Source of the DNA: Octopus vulgaris
Lineage: Eukaryota
DNA length: 64,000 bases
Assembly: GCA_951406725.2 (NCBI GenBank)
Contig: OX597817.1
Coordinates: 41,664,001 to 41,728,000 of the forward strand
Direction of reading: 5' to 3'
This document shows, one piece after another, positions 12,634 through 23,760 of the stretch. The notes beneath the pieces were generated by a model that made no database searches, was not told the origin of the DNA, and worked only from the letters and a program-made list of their open reading frames with translations. The position numbers and the translations under genes are program-made. Positions within the stretch are counted from its first letter, which is position 1. Every line of letters starts with the position of its first letter.

Positions 12634-13698
12634 AAAATGTAGAATTTAAATTTCTAATAATTTTAGTTAAGTCATACGATAAGCTGTTTAGTCTTTGCTG
12701 TTCAAGTTCAAATTCAGTGTTTTAAGAAAACCAGATTTGGTAAAATCGTCATTAATGTGACATAAGGGAATGGTGACAAATCCAACAACAGCTGATGGTT
12801 TGACAGATTTAACAGATGAATTGGAATTTTTCAATTTAAAAACAATATCCTCAGCTGTGAGGGACGCCAAATGGACAACACCAGATGAATTTTTAGTTGG
12901 AATATCATTAATACTTGCTGCCATCTTAATGAATAATTGTTTATGGATAGGCAAGAAATTGAGTATATTACATGTTTATGGAGTTAATGTGTCAATTGTG
13001 GTACTCTGCCTGATAATATACAATATATTAATATCCTCTGGTTGTTTGTAGTTGTTAAATTTATTGCTCCACGAGTCCTCCACAAAGACACATTGGTTCT
13101 GATTCTGGGACTCGGTGAAAATTTGTCTGCTATTTTCAGAGAATGATGGGAAACCAAAGTGGTTCATTTAAAAAGGCAGAAACTACAGAAACAGTAGTTA
13201 GCAAGTGCTAGGTGCCCAATATCTTGTCAGGACAAAAATCATAAAATATAAACAAATATATTATTTTATAGATTTTTTTTTAATTGATATACATTTATTA
13301 AGAAGTCGCTTCTGGAGTTCAAAGGACAGTCAAGTCTTTTTTTCCATGAATTTTTAATAATTGCCCTTGTTTCTCTCTATGAGAATAGTATTGTCATCTT
13401 GTTGTATAGCCTTTAATTCTCGGGTTATTTTCTGACATTTGACATTTCCGGAAGTTGCATAGAAATGGGGATTTCCTTTGTCAATATAAACAACTTTTTC
13501 ATTTTCCTGCTTTTCTTAATTTTTCTTCACTAATGCAGAGAAAAGTTAAGATAACGGATACAGAAGTATGCTGTTATCTGCATAATTAAAAACAGCACAT
13601 TCTCTTCTAGTTTACGAATCCAGTGTGCACATGCACACTGCATGTTCATACTTCTCTTCCTGGTTCCAACTGCAAAGTGTTTACAAGTCACAACCATC

Positions 13699-13752
13699 TC
13701 ATAGACCTGCGGTTGTGAGTAGCACTTCATGCTCCAATGGTTGTGGAAAAGG
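13699..13752 (-). other. Candidate terminal exon (PFPQPLEHEVLLTTAGL*) of an unidentified gene
   Basis: Acceptor ttttgtttacatatacAG at 13753-13754, 17 codons then TGA, followed by about 1 kb of repeat-free sequence; no homology recognised and the reading frame is assumed. Confidence 0.25.
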
Positions 13753-14365
13753 CTGTATATGTAAACAAAATATTTATAACCAGAAATAAGGAAATGAAAG
13801 AGATGGTTATAGCCAAACACCTTTGACTATAAGTTTGTCTGATCACAGCCTAAACAACAACTTCTCAAAACAGGAGCTAATGATGGAACCACTAGGTTGT
13901 TAAACATGCTAAAAATAGCAACTAGATCTTTCTCAAATCATATCACTCTGGCTTAATATGGGAAGAACACATCAGTTGATATAATCTTAGATTCCCTCCT
14001 AAAGAGATGGCATGGTCACATTGGACTGCTTTCGATCAATCAGGGGTGACCAGAGGGCTGAAATTAACCTGTCAAAATTCGAACCTTTAATCTTTACAAA
14101 TCAATCATCTCTTACATAAGCACATGGCTTTAGAATTACAAAGGAAGTGAAGTGTTGAGATGATTATGCTTTTCTTTGATGTTTAAGTTGAAAGGGTTTC
14201 ATCTGGAAGTTGAAACTAAATTGTAAATTAAATTTGCAGTTATAAGAAATAGTTTTTCATTTTATTTATTTATTTATTTATTTATTTACAAATGAACAAG
14301 GTCAGTTTTCAGAAAGATATAATCAATTCAATCAAGAACCAATATGTAACTGATAACAGATATCA

Positions 14366-14768
14366 TCCACAACATCATTTTAACATCTATTTTCCTAAAC
14401 TTGTTGGGGCCAAAACTCATCAAAGCAAATTTTCAACAGCTGGATTCCCATCAAGTAAGCAACTTTCACTTATTTCCATGCAAGGTATTAATTCCCTATG
14501 CCTAGATATTTTACAGAAGACTAAAAAAAAACAAAAAAAAACATCAAGACAGTACTGCTCATTTTGAGCTATCATATGATGTGAAGAGAAGGTCACAGGC
14601 ACACACATTAGATGGGCTTCTCTCAATTCCCATCAGCCAAATCTACTCTTAAAGCTTTGGTTGGTCTGGGGTTATAACAGAAAACACTTTGCCCAAGCTG
14701 TTGCACAGTGGGACTGAACCCATAGCCCATAACATGGCTGGGAAGCAACCTTCTCAACCATACAACCA
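14366..14768 (-). mobile_element. Chimeric SINE (A head, RTE tail), diverged
   Basis: CATCATTTTAACATCTATTTTCC tail at left; GGGACTGAACCC..GGGAAGCAACCTTCTCAACCATACAACC head at right. Confidence 0.7.
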
Positions 14769-14953
14769 TTTGTAGCACTATTTCTGATACCTGTATAAGT
14801 ACTAGAAATTGGATGGTATAATACAGTGTGAGTAGAAGTGGGAATTGAGAGAGAAAACAATGTAGGTGTATGTTTTCCATTATCATCTTCATTGTTTATT
14901 GGATAGGTTGATTGGGTTAGCGGTGTGTGTGTGTGTGTGTGTGTGTAAGAGGG

Positions 14954-14987
<34 letters not shown>

Positions 14988-16844
14988 TGGGATTCTAGCT
15001 GTGTCTGTGTTTGTGGGTAATCAGATAGAAACAACTACCTACAGTGCTACAATAATTCAGTATAGCTGCAGGTTAACATTGCATGTTCAAACGATTAGCT
15101 CAGCTTGGACTGAAAACTATGAGAGAATTAGAATAAAATAGTTTTAACATACTGACGTCATATACTGAAGCCTATGTTAGTTAGTACTATACTGACTTGG
15201 CCATCACTGAATTATTTTATTATAAGAAATATATTAATGAAAAAATTAAGCTCCAAGATGTACTTTTTATCCCCCAAAAATGTGTCAAAAAAATCACCAC
15301 AGGTCCTTCCTTGTATGCAAAGCTACTTTAAACATTACATGCCTAAATGCACTAAAAAATTTTTTCCTGAATATGCACAGCTGAAATTAGGGTGTGTCTA
15401 ATATGTCCATGCATGTTATATGCCATCAAATGCAGTATATTATTTCTTCTTATATAAGCAGATTAGGCAATGTGGATAGACTACAGAATTCATAGAAAAC
15501 TGAATTTTAACTTCTGTTACAGATTCAGCCTTCTAAACACTTTTTATTCCATATTCTTAAACCCAATACACTCTTCATAAATAAATTTGTTTGCATAATT
15601 TTTCATAAACTTATAGAAAAAACAATTTATGCTGTAAGTATGTTATATATGTAAAAACCAGTCAGCCCTGGAGGAAGAAAGAAAACCTAAATCATTTTAT
15701 GTAAAATTCTTCAGTTTAAAAATAAAAATGCTAACATCTTTCAACATTGATCCCCGTTCAATTTTGATTTATGGAACCTATTATTAGAACAATGGATATG
15801 AATGAATTATTCCCTTTGAGGCAACTTGTCATTTCTCTCCTTTATGAACAGAGAATAATGAGAGACTCCATATTTATTTTTTTGGACTCAAAATAGCTGT
15901 TTGGAAATAGCACCCTTATAATTTGTAGTAGTTTCAATTGCTACACGCACACACACACACAGGCATTTATATGTGTGATAATTTCTAGCTATACCCGTAA
16001 TATTGTATTGGTCTTTGCATCACATCCTTAGAGAAGCATTTTCAAACTTTAATAGGAAATACATGAAAGATGAAAACGTTTAAAGAAAGAATTCTTTTTC
16101 TATTATTATTATTTTTTTCCATTCTATATTCTTTTTCCTCAGTGATGCAATGCAGTAGCCGAATGACAAGTAGTGCAAATCATTACAGATTTCCAATTTC
16201 CTTTATTTTAAAAACCCGTACATTAGACTATTCTAATTTAACAAATGGGATTTGAAACAAATAGAAAAACTGAAAAATAAAATAAATAAATTAATGAATA
16301 ATACATGAGTGAAGAGATGCAAACTAAACAATGAATAGTTTATTGTCTAAGGTGAAATACGCAGAAAGAAGAGAGAGACAAGCAGAGGAATGGTAGCATA
16401 ATGGAAGAAGAGAACAGTTCTGCAACTACACAGCATAGTTTGCGTTCTCAGAGAAAGCCTATTAAACCACCCGTTCTCAAACATCGTAGCTTTCTTTGTT
16501 TTTTCCTGTTTTTTCCTAAAGCAACTTCCTAATCACACAGCTCAGTAAGTATCTTCAGTTTTAACATGGCACAGGTTACTAAGCACTACTGCATTTTCTC
16601 AAAAGCAGATACACCTAAATAAAACCATAAACTGATCATTTCTGATTTGCTAGACTGCATCTTTTGTTGGTGGGGTTTTTTTGTTGTTTTTTAAAGTACA
16701 TTTCACTCAATGATGTGAATAAAGTTAGAAGCCATAACAATCTATTGTCAAAGAAGGTAAACCATTCAAAATATTCTATAGAATGATTATTAGTGATTTG
16801 AAACTCTCAACTCTCCCAGAGCTTATGTGATCTTACACGAGTAT

Positions 16845-16847
<3 letters not shown>

Positions 16848-16912
<65 letters not shown>
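16848..16912. repeat. (TACA)n(CA)n microsatellite
   Basis: Read directly from the sequence. Confidence 0.95.
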
Positions 16913-16913
<1 letters not shown>

Positions 16914-18343
16914 TATTTTATGCATTAAAAAATGCAATGACCTTGAACAATTTTATCACCTTTCACTAATAGCTATTTTCCAGTAGTTTTTACAGCAAGT
17001 TTTTAGATGGTTAAAAAAAATAACAACAACAACAGCTAAAATGTAAATATTTAGAAACTAAACCAGAGTAGCATTTTATAATTTAGCTAAATGGAGTTGC
17101 AGGTTGGTGGCATTTTCTCTTTGAACAAAGAAAATGAGTCTGATGCATAAAAGAAAAATGAAAAGAGAGGATTAAGTTAGATTTCCTTCAGCCTATAGAA
17201 TTCCAACAGAAAGAGGAAAAGATTTTAAAGTGAAGTGGTACAGTAAAAGAAACATAGAATATATTGTTGTTTATAATAGGTTTTTATACATATACATACA
17301 TATACACACACATACATATATAAACATACATACAATCATATATATAAACACACACACAATCATATATATAAACACACACACAAATGGTAAATCATTAACT
17401 GTTTGATGAAAAGAAACTATTTAGAGGGGAAAAAATGGATGTAGAGGAAATTTTTGAGTTTTGCTGATGGAATATGAAATCCATCAGAAGGAGCTTTAAG
17501 CCTTTTGAAGGACAAGTTTTCCAATGAAAAACAATTGAGTTTTTTTTGGAGGGTGGAGTGGAAGAGTTAGATAATTCCCATTTTGTAGTGAAAGTGTTTC
17601 ATCTTTTTAATACTGCATTCTTGTTAGACTAATTATATGCAGAGGCTTGTGGGCCTTTTATATGTTCCAAACAAAAAGTTTCTATTAAAGAAGATAATAA
17701 TATTATATACCCGGCTATTATTGTTTGGCATAGTGAACCAAACATTCAAACATAACCAGTCATTTCACTGAATGAAGCAAAATACCATCTGCTGAAAGGG
17801 TACAATTATTGGTAGCAGATGGTGTGGTAGAAGTCGGAGACAGATCAGAGGTTATGGAAAACATGCTTCATATCACTCAAAGAAAGCTACAATTAGTGAA
17901 GTCAATATGATGCCAGCATACAAACTGAAAGTTGGAAACTCTGTCCACATTAGAATTTTGCAATGCCCCTGACAAAAACATGTAGCCTTCATTGACACTC
18001 AAACTAGACGCCACCTACCCACTATCACCACCATCCGACACTTCACCTCTTCTTTCTCTGGATGGGAAGGCCTACAAAGGTCATAGACACTGCATGTCAT
18101 TAACACTTAGTGCTGAATCCTCTCATGGGTGTTTAAGAGAAATGAGAAAGCACTCCTTTGAATCACTACTACAAGAGGAGAAAAATCTTCTTAAAAGCAT
18201 TAATGACTCAATGGATGATGCAGTATCATTATCAAACATTATATCATCGCTGATATTTTACATAAGCAATCAACCAGCTGTAAATTGTAGTAGAGAGAAC
18301 AACTCTAAAGTTTCATAAATTACAACAAATTTATTACCTGACA

Positions 18344-18600
18344 TCATCATAACCATTTAACATCTATTTTCCATACTGGCATGGATTGGATAATGACAGG
18401 AGCTGGCAAGACCAGGGGCCATGCCAGTTTCCATGGTCTGTTTTGGTATAGTTTCTACAGCTGGATGCCCTTCCTAATGCCAACCACTTTACAGGGTGAA
18501 CTGGGTGCATTTTACATGGCACCAACACCAGTGCTTTTTAAGTGGTACCAGGACCAGCGCTTTTTACATCACACTACCACCAGCGCTTTTTACTATGGTT
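18344..18600 (-). mobile_element. RTE LINE 3'-UTR fragment (family C) with 3-4 units of a 26-bp repeat
   Basis: Family C motifs plus repeated GCACCAxCACCAGTGCTTTTTA-like units. Confidence 0.8.
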
Positions 18601-19662
18601 TTAGGAGACCAGGCACTGTGGTTAGCCTCATTTATCACTGATTCATTTAGCACTTATATGGGACAAAATGGTACAACAATTGTGAACCCATGTTATGTTT
18701 ACTGCAGATCGATCTGTGATAACATGGGTCAGCAATCAGGCAAAGATTTTGCTTGTATAGCAAAACCTCACCCCAGCAACCACCCACAATGCTTAGCTAC
18801 CCAGAATTCACTGATTACTGATTGTACTTACAAGACTGTGCTGTGATACTGCATATTTTTTTATATGGATTTATATACTAGTATCCATCAATAAGGGACC
18901 CATGAACAGAAAAACTATGAAAGTACCTGATCCTAACAATGTAGATGAGTGTATTCTCTACAGAAAAGGGCAGAGATGATCAAGAATTTATATGACAGTG
19001 GCCACAAGTTTGGTGCCAATGAAGCTATCTACCATTTGTTAATTTATAGTGTGTGGTAACGATGCATTTCTTACTGTATTTTGGTAGGAACCAAACCCCT
19101 GTGATAAATGAAGGTAAATGTATTTTATTCTTACTGGTGAGTGTGTTGCAAATTTTCTATTTAAATATTTGAAGAAAAGAAATTAAATTAATCAACTCTT
19201 AATATCTACTAGCAACAACTGAAGAATTTGCTAACATTTATTTCTTTGGAATATCTATAATCAATGAAACTCACAATGACCAATCAAAACATCTCCTGTG
19301 GAGTATATTCTATGCACTACATTGAATACATAAAATATGAACACTTCAAGAAAATTTAGTAACATTTCAATAGATTTTTTAAAAGGAATTTCTATATAAT
19401 ACAGTGATTACTTTCATTAGAAAAAAATGTCCATCTCACAGGAGATACATTTCTCAAACTAGGATAGGACAGATAATTCTAGACGAAAAAGATTTTAAAA
19501 AATCAAAATCAAAAGAATAAGAAAAAAAAACTTAAGCTTCACTGATATTTTCAGACCTAAATTTACTGTTGCTGCTGGATGCATTCTGAATTATTTATTT
19601 CTAAAGGAAACTTTTTATTACTTATTTCAACTGATTTTGTACATTTACTAAATGAGTCTTTC

Positions 19663-19704
19663 ACATTGCTGATGAAGTGACAAGGACTGAAACATGTCCA
19701 AAGT
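19663..19704 (+). ncRNA. Minimal type I hammerhead ribozyme motif
   Basis: ACATTG-CTGATGA-AGT(GACAAGG)ACT-GAAA-C-AT-GTC-CAAAGT: complete core, 3-bp stem II, palindromic ACATGT stem III, GUC site, stem I with 5 of 6 pairs. Confidence 0.65.
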
Positions 19705-20444
19705 TATCTCTTTATTTGACCTCAGAAAATAGTTAAAATAATATTAGTTTAATATTGTTTCTAACAGTGTTCGTTTTCTTTTTTTCCTTCTAACCACATA
19801 ATCCATTAGCCTTGCGATGATCTTGGCATTAAATACATTAACACTAACTTCACTAAAATTGTTGCTTAATATCCTATAGGTCAAAGTTTCAACTCTAAGA
19901 AATTTCGAAGCTATTTTCAATCAGACAAAATATTAAGCACCACATACTATACTGATCTTGAAGGTCAATGTTATTTGCTAAGGAAACATCAATAAATTGA
20001 AGTTTTTACAAACCAAGAAGTTTATAACTAATGTTTTAAATTAATCTTTATTCAATATTAAAATGCGTTTTAGAAATTAAAGCCACAGGAATATCATAGT
20101 TGTCTTACTCTCCAACAAAGATATGCATGACATAAACTAAAATCTGATTGAAAATGCTGAGAGAGAGAGAGAGAGAAAAATAAATCAATCAAAATAATTA
20201 CAATGAATAATTAGATACACCTCGTTTTATTTCTAAAAGAATTATATGGTTGTTTGAGCTGAAATAACAGCCAAACCTCTCAAATCATATCCTGATATCT
20301 TCGAAAAAAAAAAACAAAAAAAACAAACCTTTCACTCGCAATCATGACTTGGTGATGTGTACCATGCTTTGCTAATTGTCTTTCATGCTTATGCAGTTAT
20401 AAACAGACAGACTCCTGCTCACCCTGCCCGCCCTTCATCTACTG

Positions 20445-20725
20445 CAGTGGTTCCCCAAAGTGAGCGGTATTCGCCCCTCCCCCTGGGGTGGTGAAAAGTT
20501 CCAAGGGGGTGTTGAAGAAACATGGGGCAATAATGGGGTAGCGATTCATGTAGAAACAAGAAAATAATGGGTTCATTAGGTTCAGTTTTATTTGTGAAAT
20601 ACAGTGGCATCGAATTTGATTCAGAAGGAGGTCTATGTTTGTGATGGTTAGTTGGGATGGGGGCGCTAGGAATGCACCCGGGGTGTCAAGGGGGCAGCAA
20701 CCCAAAAAACATTTGAGAACCACTG
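20445..20725. mobile_element. hAT/Charlie-type MITE (281 bp)
   Basis: TIRs CAGTGGTTCCCCAAA and TTTGAGAACCACTG; perfect 8-bp TSD ATCTACTG at 20437-20444 and 20726-20733. Confidence 0.93.
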
Positions 20726-20888
20726 ATCTACTGGAACATCACAGATGTGACTACAAGATGGAGAGAGGGCTGTACCAGTAATTGGTTCCTACTTATTTTC
20801 AACCGAGTCAACTGCAGCATCATGAAATGAAGCACTTTGCTGAAGGAAACGAAACAAAACTCAACCCAAGGGTTGATCACTGACCATA

Positions 20889-21059
20889 GGCGTAGGAGTG
20901 GCTGTGTGGTAAGTAGCTTGCTTACCAACCACATGGTTCCGGGTTCAGTCCTACTGCATAGCACCTTGGGCAAGTGCCTTCTACTATAGCCTTGGGCCGA
21001 CCAAAGCCCTGTTAGTGGATTTGGCAGACGGAAACTGAAAGAAGCCTGTCGTAAATATG

Positions 21060-21124
<65 letters not shown>

Positions 21125-21351
21125 ATGTGTATATGTTTATGTGTCTGTGTTTGCCCCCCCCCCCCCAGCATTGCTTGACAACCGATGGTGGTATGTTTAC
21201 GTCCTTGTAACTTAGTGATTCGGCAAAAGAGACCAAGAGAATAAGTACTAGGCTTACAAAGAATAAGTCCTGGAGGTGATTTGCTTGACTAAAGGTGGTG
21301 CTTCAGCATGGCTACAGTCAAGTGACTGAAACAAGTAAAAGAGTAAAAGAG
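20889..21351 (+). mobile_element. SINE family A, full length, inserted into an older minus-strand SINE
   Basis: Complete head, long (TG)n and tail; flanks GACCAT and GAGCCAA are contiguous in the related copy near 56070. Confidence 0.92.
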
Positions 21352-21853
21352 ATGAGCCAATGCCCTAACTACTTGACCAAATGCCAAGGATATTTTCACT
21401 AATGTAGTCTCAGATATGTTATATCAGAAAAGACAAGGTGGTCATGACTAGAATGTCTTTAATCATAGGTGTTGCTTCATCAGGACTGGCCAGGGCTGAG
21501 CAACAATTAACCAAATTTCATTTCACTCAATATGACATGAAATCTAAGTGAAACCAAGATGTCTCCACTTTTAAGATATGTCTGTGGCCATGTATGAATA
21601 ATAAAAGTTATTTGGGGTAATTAAAGCCATCTTTCATATTTTAAGACTCTTCAATAAGTTCTCCATGCAACTTAATGTATAAAGCACCGTTGATTATGTA
21701 TAATCAACCTTATTAAGTTGAAATTTTTGTCACTCATTTCATTTTAAAAGTGTTATCAGATGTCAAAGTTTTGCTCATAATTCCATCAATACAAACTTTA
21801 CACAAACTACAATATGGAAGATATGTCCCCTTTTTTTTTCTTTTTTGACCATA

Positions 21854-22028
21854 GGTGCAGGCATAGCTGTGTGGTAAGAAATTTGCTTCCCAACTGCATG
21901 GTTCTGGGTTCTGTCCCACTGTGTGACGCCTTGGGCAACTACTACAGCCTTGAGCTGACCATAGCCTTCTGAGTGGATTTGGTAGATGGAAACTGAAAGA
22001 ACCATATGTGTGTGCGTGTGTATGTGTA

Positions 22029-22082
<54 letters not shown>

Positions 22083-22310
22083 TATGTGTGTGTGTGCGTG
22101 TGTGTGTCTGTTCCTCACCACTGTTTGACAACTGCTGATGTGTTTACGTCCCCTGTAACTTTGCAGTTAAGTAAAAGACTGATAGAATAAGTACCAAGCT
22201 TGTAATAATAAATATTGGGGTTGATTCATGCGAATAAAAATTCTCCAAGGTGGAGGTGCCACAGCATGGCTGCAGTCTAATGACTGAAACAAGCAAAAGA
22301 TAGACGATAA
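21854..22310 (+). mobile_element. SINE family A, diverged
   Basis: Head, (TG)(TA)(CA) microsatellite and tail all present. Confidence 0.88.
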
Positions 22311-23538
22311 TCATTTGTTGATTATTGGTTTTGAATCAGCCAACCACAAGAAAATACAAATGTCTGGGCAAATCTGATAGATATTTGTGTTCAGCACAAG
22401 TTTATCAGCAATTACTTAGCTACTTGAGTATATTTTTCAACAGCACACATCAAGCACCCAAGCAGCTTGACTAGGAATTTTCATTAATAAGGCATCAAGC
22501 AACCTGAGAATACAGTATAAGATGATAAAGATAGAATGCAGTGGGAAGAACCCGAAGCTATGTGGCAGTGAAGTGAACTTCTTAATCCACACAGTCTTAC
22601 CTGTGTCATGGTTTGAGCAATTAAATATAATATGACAAGTGTACTATAAATACACAACTCAGACTTTATGGTTGGTTGAATTAAAATTTTGTCTTAATCT
22701 AAAAAGTAAAAACAGAACCAATGACGCCATAGAGTCTTTTATGGAACTGATAGAATGGAATCAGTGAAAGTACAGAAACCTCCAGAAAGAACAGAGGCAA
22801 TAACATTATAGAGACTTGCAGAAGAGACAGAGTGTTTGTTTAGTTAAGATTGACAGTGTTACGGTTTAGTTTACCTTGTTTGAAGTAGTGTGTCAAAAAG
22901 GTGAGAGGGAGTGAGTGAGTGAGAGAGAGAGAGAGAAACAGATAACAGAGGGCAAGGTTGAGTAGCAGGGGTGGTTTATTTGTTTAAGATATGACTATGG
23001 CAGTACCTGACTATGTTTAAGCAGAAATTTCATAAAGCAGGCTACTTCAGAAAACACCCGCCGCCCCCATTGTTATTTAAATAATGTGATGGTGGAGAGA
23101 GACAGAGAAGGAGAGATAATGAAAAAGTAAGAAGGATGAGACCAAAACAATGTGTTGGGGGAGAGAGAGAGTTGATGATGGGCAAAAGAATGGAAGTGAT
23201 TTGTGAGAAGGTGTTTGCTTAATATTTCTTTGAATTTGAATTAATATTTTGGCAACTGGCACAGCTTTGCAGGTCTACATTATGAAAACAGGATTCAATA
23301 ATGAGATACATTAGGGGTTGTTGTTTTTAATGCAAATTTCACTTAATAGCAGATTGGGGTTTATAGGAAAGATCACAAGGCTATGAATAAAAAAAAACAT
23401 TGTGTGATCTGTTTAATTGCAGGTTTGGATACAATATTTATTTTTAAAGATGAACAATAGAATTTGCAAAGCAAAGCGAGAAGAAATTAGGCCAGTGATG
23501 TGTATTATAATACTGAAATAGCCATAAAGACTGAAGAA

Positions 23539-23760
23539 TTAACCCTTTAGTGTTTAAACATCCAGCCTGAATATTCCACTTATTTCATATTCAAACTGAT
23601 CAGACCCAGCCGCTCACACCTACACTACAATGTTATTCTAAGGATAAATAATTGCATCGTTGAAATGTCGAAGCTACAAGATAATACATGATTAATTCAT
23701 AACAATGTGGATATTTAAGCATTACATGTGACAGAGTAATGCTAAATGCTAAAGGGTTAA
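23539..23760. mobile_element. piggyBac-like MITE, family 1
   Basis: TTAA-CCCTTTAG ... CTAAAGGG-TTAA termini; related copies near 9384, 12090 and 58592. Confidence 0.85.

Noticed and set aside
16401-16532. Short plus-strand ORF MEEENSSATTQHSLRSQRKPIKPPVLKHRSF..
   Set aside because: 43 codons, no recognisable homology, and it ends in a T-rich tract; compatible with chance.
22005-22085. (TG)n(TA)n(CA)n hairpin
   Set aside because: Self-complementarity follows trivially from the compound microsatellite in the SINE.
20728-22190. HTHTHT/CVCVCV/YIYIYI ORFs, here and near 10439, 14672, 33340, 35558, 38528 and 40093
   Set aside because: Translations of dinucleotide microsatellites within or beside SINEs.
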